Below, in pieces: positions 41,266 through 53,446 of a DNA stretch of 64,000 nucleotides; positions within the stretch are counted from its first letter, which is position 1, and every line of letters starts with the position of its first letter. The DNA is from the human T2T-CHM13v2.0 reference genome, Homo sapiens. The stretch is taken from assembly GCF_009914755.1 (NCBI RefSeq), contig NC_060947.1, one strand, 5' to 3'. A program made the translations under genes and the position numbers. The notes under the pieces were generated by a model that saw only the letters and a list, made by a program, of their open reading frames with translations, ran no database searches and was not told the origin of the DNA.

Positions 41266-41861
41266 TGTGTTGGTTGTCTACTGCAGCCATAAAAATGTCC
41301 ACAATTTTAGCAGCTTAAAACAACACAAATTATTTCACAGTTTCTGTGTTCAGATGTCTGGGTGGACTTGGCTGAAATTAAGACATTGGCAAGGCCTCGT
41401 TCCTTACTGGGAGCTTGGAAAAGGATCAGATTTCAAGCTCACTCAGGGTTTTAGAAAAATACAATTCGTTGTGATTGTAAGACTGAGATTCCTATTTCCT
41501 TGCTGGCTTTTACCTGGGGGTGTCCTTAGCTTCTAGAGGCTGCTATCTAGTTCTTATAAATGGTCCTAGTACAATGGTACATTGAATCCTTCTCATTCTT
41601 GCAATCTCTCTGAGTTTCTTTTCTTCTGCATTTTTCCCTACCTCCTCTCACATTTCATCTCTTTAACTCTAGTCAGAGAAAGTGCTCTGCTACTAAGGGC
41701 TCATGTGATTAGATTGGGTCCACCCAGATAATCTAGGTAATCTCCCTATTCTAAGACCTGTAGTCTTAATTACATCCCTGTTTCCATATAATCTAATATA
41801 TTAATGGGTTCCAGAGATTAGGACATGAACATCTTCTTGAAATATCATTCTGTCTACCACA
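41266..41861 (-). mobile_element. MLT1D/E-type MaLR solo LTR
   Basis: gcagcttaaaacaacacaaatt...ctcatgtgattagattgggtccacccagataatc...ctgtctaccaca. Confidence 0.82.
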
Positions 41862-41864
41862 GGG

Positions 41865-42758
41865 TGTAGTGAATTCTCATAATTTTATATTGCCTCAACA
41901 TCCATTTTGAATATGAATTGGACTTTCTCATACCAGAAGGAGGGCTTAGTCACCCTTGACACAGTTTCCAGTTCTCTCTCTGCTCTGTTCCTCCATGTGG
42001 TCTATCTAGATATTTACCTTATACGACCATCATCTGGTGACCACCTCTGTGTGGACAGCAAGATACAACCTACTTGACTTGCCCCACTGACCCCATGCCT
42101 CAAATGGACTGCACAGATACACCCAGTGACCTCTTAGTCACAGCATGGATCCATGGAACTTGTGCCTGCTTGCTCTAAACTTACAAATTAGAACTCCCTG
42201 CAGGAAATCTACTTGGGTAATGCTCTAAATTGCAGTAAATGTTGGCCCACAGGTCCATCTCTCTCTCTCTCCTTCTCTGTCTTGCATCCCACCTGCCGGT
42301 TGAGCATACATGTTCCAGAAGTCTCTTCCCTTCCTGTTGGCCCTGTGAGGTGTGCTGCCTTCTTCCCTCTGGGATCTGTAAGTAATACAATGCTTTTTTT
42401 ATTTCATGTACTTTGTTGAGTTGTCTCCTCTGTTTCTCATTTTAGTGACACACCCGAACTTAACTTTTTCTTGGTCAGGGTTCTCCGTCTCTCTTGGTAG
42501 GAATAAACTAGAAACAAATCAGACAGGAGCCACAGGAGCATTTTGTAAGTATAAACAAGTTTCCTGTGAGAGGAGCACCTGGTGATGGGTCAGACACTTA
42601 GACATTATGCCATTCACCAGGGTAAAGAAGTATGCTATGAAAGACACACTGTAAATACCCATGAACAAATCTCTTCGAAATCCATCAGGACAGGGCTAGA
42701 ATTTAGACCCACTCTTCAGAGAGAGGCCTCAAGACCAAATTAGAAGAAAAATATGATG
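41865..42758 (+). mobile_element. ERVL-class solo LTR (MER54/MER73-like)
   Basis: Starts tgtagtgaattctcataatttt, ~894 bp, 5-bp TSD caggg/taggg. Confidence 0.7.
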
Positions 42759-43054
42759 TAGGGCATCTACAAAACCCCTGCAGTACATATTATACTCAAT
42801 CAGAAAATTTTGGAAACTTTTTTACTGAACTTTGGAATGTGATAAAGAAGCTTGTTATCACCACTTTTATTTGGGACTTTATTAGCAAAGCCAGTCTGTC
42901 CAAGAAGAAAAGAAAATAACTAAAACATATAAGGTTTGGAAAGGAAATAATAAAACTCTCATTACTTGTAGATGGCATGATTATGTATCTAGAAAATCCA
43001 AAGGAGTCTATGTAGCAACATCATACAAGTCAAAATATATTTTCATGAAATATA

Positions 43055-43720
43055 CCATCCAACATTGCTTGTGGAAATATAAAATGATGCAGCTGCTGTG
43101 GAAAGTACTATGGCAGTTTCTCAAAAAGTTAACTATAGAATTGCCATATTTTCCGGTAATTCCACTCTTAGGTATACACCCACAATAATTGAAGACAGGG
43201 ACTTAAACAGATACGTTTACACCATTATTCGTAGCAACACAATAGCTAAAAGGTAGAAACAACCCAAATGCCCATCAAAAGATTACCTGATAAACAGAAT
43301 GAGGTCTATACATATAATGCAATATTGTTCAACCATAAAGAGGAATGAAACTCTGATACCGGCTACAATATAGATGAACCTTGAAGACATTATGCTAAGG
43401 ACAATAAGCCAGACACAAAAGGACAAATGTTGTATGAATCTACTCATATGAGGTACCTAGAATAGTAAAAGTCATAGAGAAAGAAAGTAGAAAGGTGGCT
43501 ACCAGGGGCTGGAGAGAGAGTCCCATGGAGAGTTACTGTTTAATAGGTACAGAGTTTTAGTTTTTGAAGGCAAAAGAGTTCTGGAGATTAATTTCACAAC
43601 AGTGTAAATATACTTAACACTACTGAACTGTACCCTTTAAAAATGGTTAAGATGGTAAATTTTATTCTAAGTATATTTTTTCACAATTAAAATTTAAGAA
43701 ATCTAAAAAAATCTAAATTG
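43055..43720 (+). mobile_element. L1MB 3' end
   Basis: gacacaaaaggacaaatgttgtatgaatctactcatatgaggtacctagaatagt. Confidence 0.85.
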
Positions 43721-44835
43721 CACTTTAAAACTATGTCAAATGAAAGATTTGCAAGACATCTATATTGACAAATGAAAGAATATAATTAAGAGAAACTAGA
43801 AATAGAGGGATATGTGATAATGGATTAGAAAATTCTACACTGTAAATGTGTCAATTTTTCCAAATTATTCTACAAATTTAATGCCGTCACAATAAAAATA
43901 TTAGCAGGGTTTTTGAGATAATTTTTCAGTTGATTATGAAACTCAAATGAAAATGCAAAAGATCAAGAGCAGACAAGGGTATATTGAGTAAGAAAACAAA
44001 GCTTGAGGACATAAACTACCAGTTATTGAGATATATTATAAAACAATGGGAACTGAGGCAGTATGATACTGTCACAAGCATAAAGAAATGAACTAATGGA
44101 TCAGATGAAAGAACAAAGAAACAGACCCATACATATACAGTCGCCTGACTGACAAAGGTGATACTGTAATACAATGGAGAAAGAAGGGTCTTTTCAGTAA
44201 ATTGTACTTGGTGAATTGGATATCCATATGGAAAGTATTTATTTAGGACAACACTAGTGGTTATCAAAAGGTAATCCACAGAATCTTTGGGGTTCCTGAG
44301 ATCCTTTGAGGAGATCCTTGACGTAAGAACTATTTTCATAACAATATTAACACACTCTTTACCTTTTATACCATGTTGACATTTAAAATGATGGTGCAAA
44401 AAGAAAGGATAGGTAAAACTGGCTATACCTTCGCACCAGTCAAGTCAGTGGCAGCAAACTTTACCAGTGGTCATTGTATTATTTAACACCCTGTATTCAC
44501 AGTAAAAACAAAAGCCAGTTTTATCTAAGAATGGCTTTGATGAAGCACTCAAACTTATTACTTTTACTAAATATCAATTTTTAGTACCTATTTTTTAATA
44601 TTTTGTGTGACCAAATGGGAAATACATATAAAGGACCTCTGCTGTGTACTAAAGCCTAATAATAGTTGTCTCAAAGAAAAACACATGTGTGACTGAGTTG
44701 CCAGCTGAACTAACCATTTTTTTTACATGGTACAACATATTTATCTTAAAGGATAATTGTCAAACTGTGGTTATTAAGACTACTATTGGGTGAGCAAATT
44801 GCTGAAACTGAATGAAGTCAGCCTGTCAATTGAAA

Positions 44836-44983
44836 ATAAAATTTGATCTTTCAAGTGAAATTTGGAATTTTGAAAAACTTTTATGTACCACTGTTAACCT
44901 GATATCTTTATAAAATTTGATCTTTCAAGTGAAATTTGGAATTTTGAAAAACTTTTATGTACCACTGTTAACCTGATATCTTT
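44836..44983. repeat. Perfect 74-bp tandem duplication
   Basis: 44836-44909 is identical to 44910-44983. Confidence 0.97.
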
Positions 44984-45434
44984 CAACTACTTAAACATTT
45001 TTGTGATGAGATCTGTGATGTTATTAACTAATGTGATTTTTGATACTATATAAATAAATGTGTCAACATTTGAAAGATCTGCATAAATCAATGAATAAAT
45101 ATTTTAAAAATTATCAGTATAAGATGGTACAAAAATCACTCATGGATAAAATATTCGTTCAATGTGCAACATATATCAATTACTTTTAAAGCAACGAAGT
45201 ACAAAAAGTTCATTGCTAGTTCTTCAGATTCCTATTTTAACTAGTCTTTAAGAAACTACCACATGTCAAGTGTAATATTAAAGAATATCCACAATTATAT
45301 CAGAAAATTAATAAAATACTTTTCTTCCTCCCCTTTCCAACTAAAATCTGTGTGTGACTAAATTTTCTTAGTAAACTTCAACCCAAACCACAAAGCATAA
45401 CAGATTGGAGAAGCAGATATGAGAATTCAGATCA

Positions 45435-45578
45435 TTTATTTCTTTTTAAATTTATTTTTTCAGAGACAGGGTCATGCTTTGTTGCCCATGATGGACATGA
45501 ATTCCTGGGCTCAAGCAATCCTCCTGCCCCAGCCTCCAGAGTAGCTGGGACTATGGGCACACACCATGGAGCCTGGCT
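45435..45578 (-). mobile_element. FLAM (Alu monomer) inserted in Charlie1a
   Basis: gagacagggtc...cctgggctcaagcaatcctcctgcc...gtagctgggact, degenerate TSD tgagaat(t/a)cag. Confidence 0.85.
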
Positions 45579-46769
45579 TGAGAATACAGCTATTTTCTAT
45601 TAAGCCATATGTTGAAGAGTTTTTCAAAAATGTAAAAACAATGTTGCTCTCCTCAGTAAATAGGCCTTTTGTTTTATAAAATATAATTATTTTTCACAAA
45701 ACATGCTGTATTAACATGTAATTTTATTATTATTTTAATAGAATAAATATTCTAAAATTTTCTTTTTTATTTTTTATTATGGTAACTATCAATAGATATA
45801 ACCCACATAAACAAAAGCTCTTTGCAGTCTTCACTGGTTTTTAAGATTGTAGATAATTATTGAGACTGAAATATAAGAGAATCACTGCCATACAACAAAA
45901 CCATTTCAATTGACTTAATATATAATAATGAATGATAAAAATTAAATTGGGAGGAAAATATAGAACATTTTCATGACATTAGAAGAAGCAAATATTTCTT
46001 AACATACAAAAAGTTACTAGCCTTAGAAGAAAAATATGGAACACTGGACTATATTAGAATTAGGAAATTCTCGTCATCAAAAGAAACCGTTAGAAATGTA
46101 AAAAGGTAACCCATTTACAGTATAGGAAGTGATATTCATAACGTATACATCCAACAAAGGACTCACCCAAAACACATGAAAAAAATGTTATAACTCAACG
46201 AGAAAAAAGACAGACAATAGAAAAATGGGCAAAAGCCTTGAGCAGATGTTTCACAAAATTACCCATCTGCTGGAGGTAGGTCTTTCACAGGCTCTTAAGA
46301 CCTTTGGTTTTATCTCAGTAGCCACAACTTTTCAAAGCGTAGTCCAAGGCCCACTTGCGTCAACATCACCTGATAGACTTGTGAAAAAGGAAGAATTATT
46401 TTTACCATTCTGTGGGGATGGTATCCAAATCACTGGGCACTCCACAGTTTTTGACATCTTTCATGTGATTGTTATACATTCTAATTGCTTTTGTTCATCT
46501 GGAGCCCTGGAACACTGTTGTTATTTTTGTTTTTAACATCATCATCATTTGGCGCTAAGGTTGTTTGTTTCCAATCATATCTAACAAAGTGCAGGGTGAA
46601 AATTCACAATATATTTTCTCTCGGAGAAAAATTGAAAGGAGTGATGATTACCACAAAATAAGTATCCAAAAGGCAACCTGGAAGTCACTGTTGATCATAC
46701 AAAGACCATTTGTAAAGGTATGCTGATATGAAATCTGTGGTAGGTAAGGGTATGTGAGTGGTATAGGCC

Positions 46770-46955
46770 TGAAGTTTTTAAAGTGTAGTCTCTGGACCAG
46801 TCGCATATGAACAACCTCAGGTCTCCTGAAAAATGCAAATTCTCTGGCCCCGCATCACAATTATTGACTCAGAAATGCTGTGGGTAGGCCCCAAAATTTG
46901 TGTTTCAACAAGGTCTTCAGTTGATTCTGATGTATGCTCAAATTCGAGAATAACT
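46770..46955. mobile_element. MER5A
   Basis: aaagtgtagtctctggaccag...aaatgcaaattctctggcccc...tgattctgatgtatgctcaaattcgagaa. Confidence 0.75.
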
Positions 46956-47192
46956 TATAGAGGCCGTTATTTTGAGAAATTTAGCTATGAATGCAAGATA
47001 CCTACACATATTTAAATACTGTTGAAAAAGAGTCTATACTAGAGACGTGGTTGAAAATATAATAATACAAAGGAATTTCCACTGGATAATGTTCTTGAGC
47101 AGACATGAGATGATGGAATCCAATCATAATTCAAAGTAGAGGGTTATTTATGAATTGTAATAAAAATGAAAGGTAAAAAGGATGGGTTCAGA

Positions 47193-47450
47193 TAATAACA
47201 GCTAAAATTTATTGAATCCTTCTTATAGGCCAAATACTGTCCTAATATATTTACAAAGCTAAATTCTTTTATTGTTCTAACAGTTTTATGTAAGGCTAGT
47301 ATTATCTCTATCTAGCTGATGAGAAGATAGAATTAAAGAGAGGTTAAATTACTTTCCTCAAATCACACAGCTAGTAAGTGACAATGCTAAGTTTCAGACA
47401 TAGGAGATCTAGATTTAGAGCTTATGTTCTTAACCATTATGCTATGCTAT
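47193..47450 (-). mobile_element. MIR
   Basis: aataacagctaaaatttattgaat...agagaggttaaattactttcctcaaatcacacagctagtaagtg. Confidence 0.85.
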
Positions 47451-47919
47451 ATCTTAGATTCAGATAGGTTTTCAGGTGTGATATATGGAAGTTAAGAGTA
47501 TTTCTATCCAATGGCTTCTATTTTCTCTGTGAAATAATGTGCTGAAAGTGAGTGAGGAGGACACATTAGATATTTGAAGTTAATGGAACTAATTTTAAAA
47601 TAATCACTGTAAGACATGGGAGGGCAAACAGAAACAATTATACATTATAAAACGGCCAGAGTAGCTGGGGACTTATTTGAGGTTCATGATCATGAATTTA
47701 GAATCCTACCCAAATCCTGGTCATATTATTTCCTCTGACAGCAATCAGCTGTCTTTGTGTAGGCACAGAGATGGTAGACATTGTTTTACCCAGGGTTGGA
47801 ATTTTGCCAGAAATTATGAAGAGAAGATGGAGAGTCAGGATGTTTCCTGGGTTGGCCCTAGGCATATGGAAATGATAGACAATGACCTGTAAGTTGGATA
47901 TAGATGTAAGTTAAAATAA

Positions 47920-48660
47920 AATTACTTGTAATATCAAGAAAGTAAGAAAAGAAAAAAAAATCCACATAGTCTCACAGCTATTTTTAATTCTCTGTTCTCT
48001 GGCAAGTCTTAAGCCATATGTACGAATATTTTACATCATTTAAGCATACTGTGCCTTCAATTTTATGCTGTTTCTTCACTTAAAAACAGTTTTATTCATT
48101 TGCTAGAGTTTTTATTTATAATTTTTAATAGATACTTTGCACATGTGATGTAACATAACCTACTTATTTTTTCTCCCATGTGAAACCATTAATGTCTCCA
48201 ATTTTCTAATACAAAGATCTATACATTTTTGTATAAAGGGAATTTTTCTTCTTTTTTGAATAGGTTTCTTAAAGCAATTCCTTGAATAAGATTATCAAAA
48301 GAGAGGATATGAGTAATTTTATGTCTCGATACATTAATGAAATTTCGAATACCTATCCAGAATAATTGTGTCAATTTCCCTCACCACCAGAAAGGTATGA
48401 CTATGCCAGTTTCTCTATTCTGCTCCCGTATTATTAAGCTTAAAAAATACTTAAAATACTTTTCTAATTGAATAAAAGACTAATACTTTGCTCTTATTGT
48501 AGTGACTATTACATTTATTGTTAGTCAGATGAAAAAGTTTCCACATGGTTGTTTGCCTTATACACCTCCTTTAGAATGAAATGACTTTTCATGTCTTTTG
48601 CTTATATCTAGTATATCTATTAGGGTCTTGGTGTAGTTCTTTTCTGAATAAACTTTATAA
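47920..48660 (-). mobile_element. L1ME-type 3' fragment
   Basis: Degenerate reverse L1 3' region. Confidence 0.5.
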
Positions 48661-49239
48661 AAAGTAGATAATAAAATCCTTCATCTCAGATATAAAATAA
48701 TAGATTCTTGCAAAATGAAGTGTGAATTCTCAGTAGTTCTGAGTGTCCATTTTATTGCTTCAGTTCATATTCAAATTTATAGCTTTGAAAATATTCATGT
48801 ATTAGCATGACTTTCCCACATGGCAGCTTAGGGATATTTTGCAATATTAAATAATTTATGTAAGCCTTAAATTTGCAATTATGGAAGTATAGATATAACA
48901 CATATGAAGTGTGATATTGATTTACATTAAAGAATAGAATTGTTAATAGTTTTCCTTATAAAGATATGTTAAAAAATACACTTACATTTATAAAAATGTG
49001 ATACAATTAAAATTTTATTTGTTTACATTTGATTTAAAATTTTACTATTCATTAAATTTAATTTGTATTATCATTTAAATATAACAAATGTTTTGAATAT
49101 TTTAGATGATAAATAATTTGTTATAACTACATATAAAAAGTAAATTTAGTTTTAAAAATTTTACATTTACTTTTTATATTTTGATAAAATATTCTCAAAT
49201 GTACTTTGAATATAATGCCATTTTATTTTTTAATTCTTT

Positions 49240-49585
49240 AGATTACAAATTTCTAATCATGTGAAACAATTATGACACAGTGATTTTACTGAAATAAGAG
49301 AAAGAAAAATGCATTTTATGGAATTAAGTACAATTTTTGTATTACATATATAACTAATGCAAACATTGCTAACCCAACATCAGAATAATAATAATGTCAG
49401 CTTTGATATTTTGCCGACTTTCAGTCATATAAGAATGATAGTTTTACCCATATTTTAAAAATTTGTCACTGTGATGATATTTTTGCTTGTTATATTGGTT
49501 TATAAATTGTAAATATTTATAATATGGTATGTGGACTTTTATTTGTACTCTTGCTCCAGACCCCACACATATTAGGGGTAGGTCA
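49240..49585 (+). mobile_element. hAT-Tip100 (Zaphod/MER45-like) 3' fragment
   Basis: Decayed transposase C-terminus (YDTV..DFTEIRERKMHF-like) and terminus ttgctccagaccccacacatattaggggtagg. Confidence 0.5.
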
Positions 49586-49880
49586 ACATATAGTAGTTAT
49601 TTAATAAAGTTATTAAATATACAATTGAACAGTCACACTTTAAGTAAAGACATCTACTTATTACAGAAGTAAAATGTTCACTCTCTTGAGTTCCAAGTAT
49701 TTTTTTCAAAGCCATCGCTCAATTAGAGTGGTCTTTTCTATTGTGGCAAATAACTAAAAGAAGTCTACACAAAAAAACCATAGAGATTTCAAACCTTGGT
49801 AAAATAAATTAACAGAAAATCTAAACACTAATGCAGAGTATTTTTCTGAGCCCCTTTTCTTCATATTTATATTGCTTTAG

Positions 49881-49962
49881 CATTCTCGTCCAACAGAATC
49901 TAAGACTTGATGATTGTCAAACTTTTTGTGCTTCTCTTCTATAAAGTTGTGTTGGAATACAT
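49881..49962 (+). pseudogene. Exon E (ILVQQNLRLDDCQTFCASLL*SCVGIH)
   Basis: Acceptor atttatattgctttag|, donor CAT|gtaaga, phase 2 to 0, TAA at 49942. Confidence 0.62.
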
Positions 49963-50393
49963 GTAAGAATAAATTTTCTTTTTTTAAAGATGCAATAATT
50001 ACTTTTAGAAAAATGTAATGTGTAGTATTTAAAGCAGTAGGTTGAGAATCACACATATAAAAGAAACCAAAGTCCACTGATGAGGGAAATAGTATGTAAC
50101 AAAAACTGCAACTGCTGGAACTAAAGCCCAGTGCATATCCCAATATTACAATATTCAAGCACATTTAATGAATAGTCAGAAACTGTGTTTTTATTTAACA
50201 TGTAGCATAATCTCGTATGCCTCAGTTAGGTGACATTGCTCAGCATTCACACTTCTGTTTTTACGGGCAATTTATTGCAAAATAAAATCCCCAATTTTAA
50301 ACAACTTTACATTCTAAGTAGTTTTGGTCATTCTAAAGTGAAAAACAACCACGATGCAGGGCTTGTTTTGTTACTTTTTTTCTGTTGTTTCAG

Positions 50394-50488
50394 GTACTGA
50401 GATGCATCACCAACAATAATAATTTATCTTTACTATTCTTTCTTTACAAAATTACCAAAACTGAATGGGAAAATCAGTAATGCAATAG
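50394..50488 (+). pseudogene. Exon F (VLRCITNNNNLSLLFFLYKITKTEWENQ*CNR)
   Basis: Strong acceptor tttttttctgttgtttcag|, donor AG|gtgatt, phase 0 to 2, TAA at 50478. Confidence 0.6.
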
Positions 50489-50999
50489 GTGATTATTATT
50501 CTTCTTTTTTATTATTTTTATTTTTTATTATTTCTTTTGGTATTTTATTTTACTCTGGACTAGTGAATAATGTGATCGTAGATTTTCCACAGTTTTCTAT
50601 TTCATCTAAAGCCCTAACACAAAATAAAATGATATGATAATGGGTAGATCGAAGTTTTCTGAGACCTGAGGCTTAAAAATTTTTAGAGATTTTATTTTTT
50701 TAAAGATATCAATTACAATTGAGTATGTAAACTAAGCACAAAAGTTAATATATATTCAAAATGACTAAGTAACTTGCAATACATTACACATTAAAAAACT
50801 TGTCAAATATCACAAACATAATTGAGAAAAAGAAAGCAAAATGTTTCAAGTGATTTTCCACAATACTTCTATAATATTTTTTCTGTATGTTTTTCTCTGT
50901 ATAATCGCTAATCGCTTGTAAACATGAAAAATTATTTTGTCATAGTTTATATAGAGAGAATAAGAAGGTAAAAAAAGCCTTTATTATAATATGATTAAT

Positions 51000-51644
51000 T
51001 TTAGATGATTGATCTTTCCTGGTTATTTGATGAGTTTCCTTGGGAGGGGGTCTTCAGAAGATTGCATTTCTTTTGAAAACAAGTTTTCTTACTCAGATAA
51101 GGAAATTCCAGAGAGTCTCTCTCTGCACTTAGTGAAGAATGGGGGTAGTGGGGGCAGGTATTGGGGGAACAGTGGACAATAAGACAAGGTTAAAAAGACC
51201 TTGATTCTGAGGCAGCTTGAAAGGCCTCTCAGCATGTAAAAGTGCCAGTCTTTGGGGTATCCCTTTTTGAGCTCAACACTGATGAACTAGGCTTTTAATT
51301 TTCATTTTGTTTCATTCTAAGATAAATTCACAAAAACAAAAATCACTAAGAAAGAAGTTTATCCCTCAAGGGAAATAAAATATGTTTGGTTTACTTTTTT
51401 TGTGATACGTAGTATTTTATTATTTGGGAGTAGGAGATTTGTTTCTTTGCTCCTGAAGTACCCAGGGTTGCAATGGCTTGCTATTACTTTCATACCCTCA
51501 GGTTGTTTCATTCCCCCATTTTCTTCTCCTCTATGAAGAGGGCATTTAATTCTCAATCATCTGGCCTTTCTTTGAGTTGATATATTGTATGATTCTCATG
51601 CATACATGTGCATCTAATATATTAGTTATGCTTTAAAAATAATA
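51000..51644 (+). mobile_element. TSD-flanked insert containing a MER39/MER34-like LTR in two opposite orientations
   Basis: LTR 5' half on the - strand (51001-51278), unique 51279-51357, LTR 3' part on + (51358-51634), A-rich tail, TSD ataatat(g/a)attaat. Confidence 0.7.
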
Positions 51645-52110
51645 ATAATATAATTAATCCCAGTTTTTATAATTTTGATAATTTAGAACAGTTTCTTTCA
51701 ATATTATAACTCATTATTGTCAATGTCATTTAAATTTTAGGGTTGCTATCAGACTTGGGAAACCTCTGTCATATATTTTTCATATGTTAGATGTAAGATT
51801 TCAAAGGCATTTCAAGTTTTCCTGTGCAGTAGCAATGCCTAAGTAACCTTAGAATTGACAGCATTTATTATCCGGTTTGCCAACAATGTCCTTGTTTTAC
51901 TGACAGATTTTGAGTTTTGTGTTACTTTTATCAACGTCAGTAATTCACATCAAATCAGCAAAAAATTTAAAGATTTTTTCAGTGTGGTCATTTGATTAAT
52001 TCCTCATTAATTAAATTGTCAAAAAATCCAATAGCCTATTTATTATTTTGATTCAAACCTTATCCCTTCTTCTTAATGAATTATTGCTTTGGTCTGATCT
52101 GAATTTATTT

Positions 52111-52415
52111 TTTTAATTTTAATTTTATTTTTTGAGACAGAGTCTTGCTGTGTCACTGAGGCTAGAGTGCAGTGGCGTGATCTAGGCTCACTGAAACCTC
52201 TGCCTCCTGGGTTCAGGGGATTCTCCTGCCTTAGCCCCTCGAGTAGCTGGGATTACAGGTGCATGCCACCATGCCTGGCTAATTTTTTGTATTTTTAGTA
52301 GAAGTGGGGTCTCACCATGTTGGCCAGGCTGTTCTCGAACTCCTGACCTCGGGTGATCCACCCGCCTTGGCCTCCCAAAGTGCGGGATTACAGGCGTGAG
52401 CCACAGCACCTGGCC
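52111..52415 (-). mobile_element. AluS (Sx/Sz-like)
   Basis: Full dimer, TSD tgaattt(a/g)tttt (52100-52111 / 52416-52427). Confidence 0.95.
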
Positions 52416-53446
52416 TGAATTTGTTTTTATGATTCACTTCATGATATCAGAATAATTTCTATTATGTCATTCTATTTTGTTTTCATAATCTGTTAATTAT
52501 TTTTATTTGAATTTTCTTTAATAAATGTTAAGATTGTAATAAAAGATATCTGTTATATATGTCTAAATCAAGACTTCATTATGTCTCATTTGCTGAATTG
52601 AAACATTTCGCATTGCTTTTCCAAATTGCAGTTAAAATGGCATACCCTCAATTCAACTTCTCCTTAGTTGTATCCCCCAAATAACATGTGAGAAAAGGAA
52701 AAATGAAGTTGTAAAAATAATGATCAAAATAGATTGTGGTTAAAATATCTTCTATGTTAAAATTTAGCAAATAAATATCACCATGTGAACACAATACTAG
52801 GGCCCATCACAGTATAAATTAGATTCATGGCAAATCAGCCTGATCTGACAAAAAAAAATTTTTTTTAATGCTGCTAGGGGCTTATTGTCATGCTGTCAGT
52901 TGTCTTATATTAATGCTAATAAAGTTTTCCTCACAGTGTTTGTAAGGTGATTTTTCTTCATGATTTCATATAATCTAAAATCTTAGTAGAAGGAATCTCA
53001 AGATATCAGCTGGTTTAGGCACTTGCACATAGTCATGTAAATTATTACTAAGCCAAATTAAGTGACAAGGCGATGAGGTTCATGGATTTTCTAGGACTTA
53101 TTCAAGGTTACACACAAATACACACACACACACACTCCAATGTGATTAGGATTTAGAAATTATTACTTAGACCTGTTAAATAGTCTTATCTGGGGAAGAC
53201 CAAAGTGCCAAGATTGTTTCAATCAGGAATCAAGAGAAGAAAAGTTACAACAGTAAAAACCTGAATAAGTAGTTCTATTTCCGTTTACAAAATGATAATA
53301 AATATTCACTGTAGAATATTAATTAAATATAGTAAGCAAAAAGAAGAAAATAAATTGACCCCATATCCTAGCTATCAGAGATAATCATTATTGCCATGTT
53401 ATTATATAGCCTTCAAATATTTGAGCTATTTTCAAGTTTTAGTTTC

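Larger units (their letters stand above)
44255..45887 (+). mobile_element. Charlie1a-like hAT DNA transposon
   Basis: Terminal inverted repeats tagtggttatcaaa ... gagaatcactg, internal gttgacatttaaaatgatggtgcaaaa transposase remnant. Confidence 0.85.
39700..46265 (+). mobile_element. Long, highly decayed L1M (ORF1 end through ORF2) hosting nested insertions
   Basis: Collinear L1 pieces at 39700-41265, 42764-43050, 43720-44245 and 45888-46265. Confidence 0.7.
50640..52843. mobile_element. Arthur1-like hAT-Tip100 element with nested insertions
   Basis: Start gggtagatcgaagttttctgagacctgaggctt..., end ...ttagattcatggcaaatcagcctg. Confidence 0.7.

Noticed and set aside
52188-52409. 73-aa ORF
   Set aside because: Translation of Alu sequence, a common artefact
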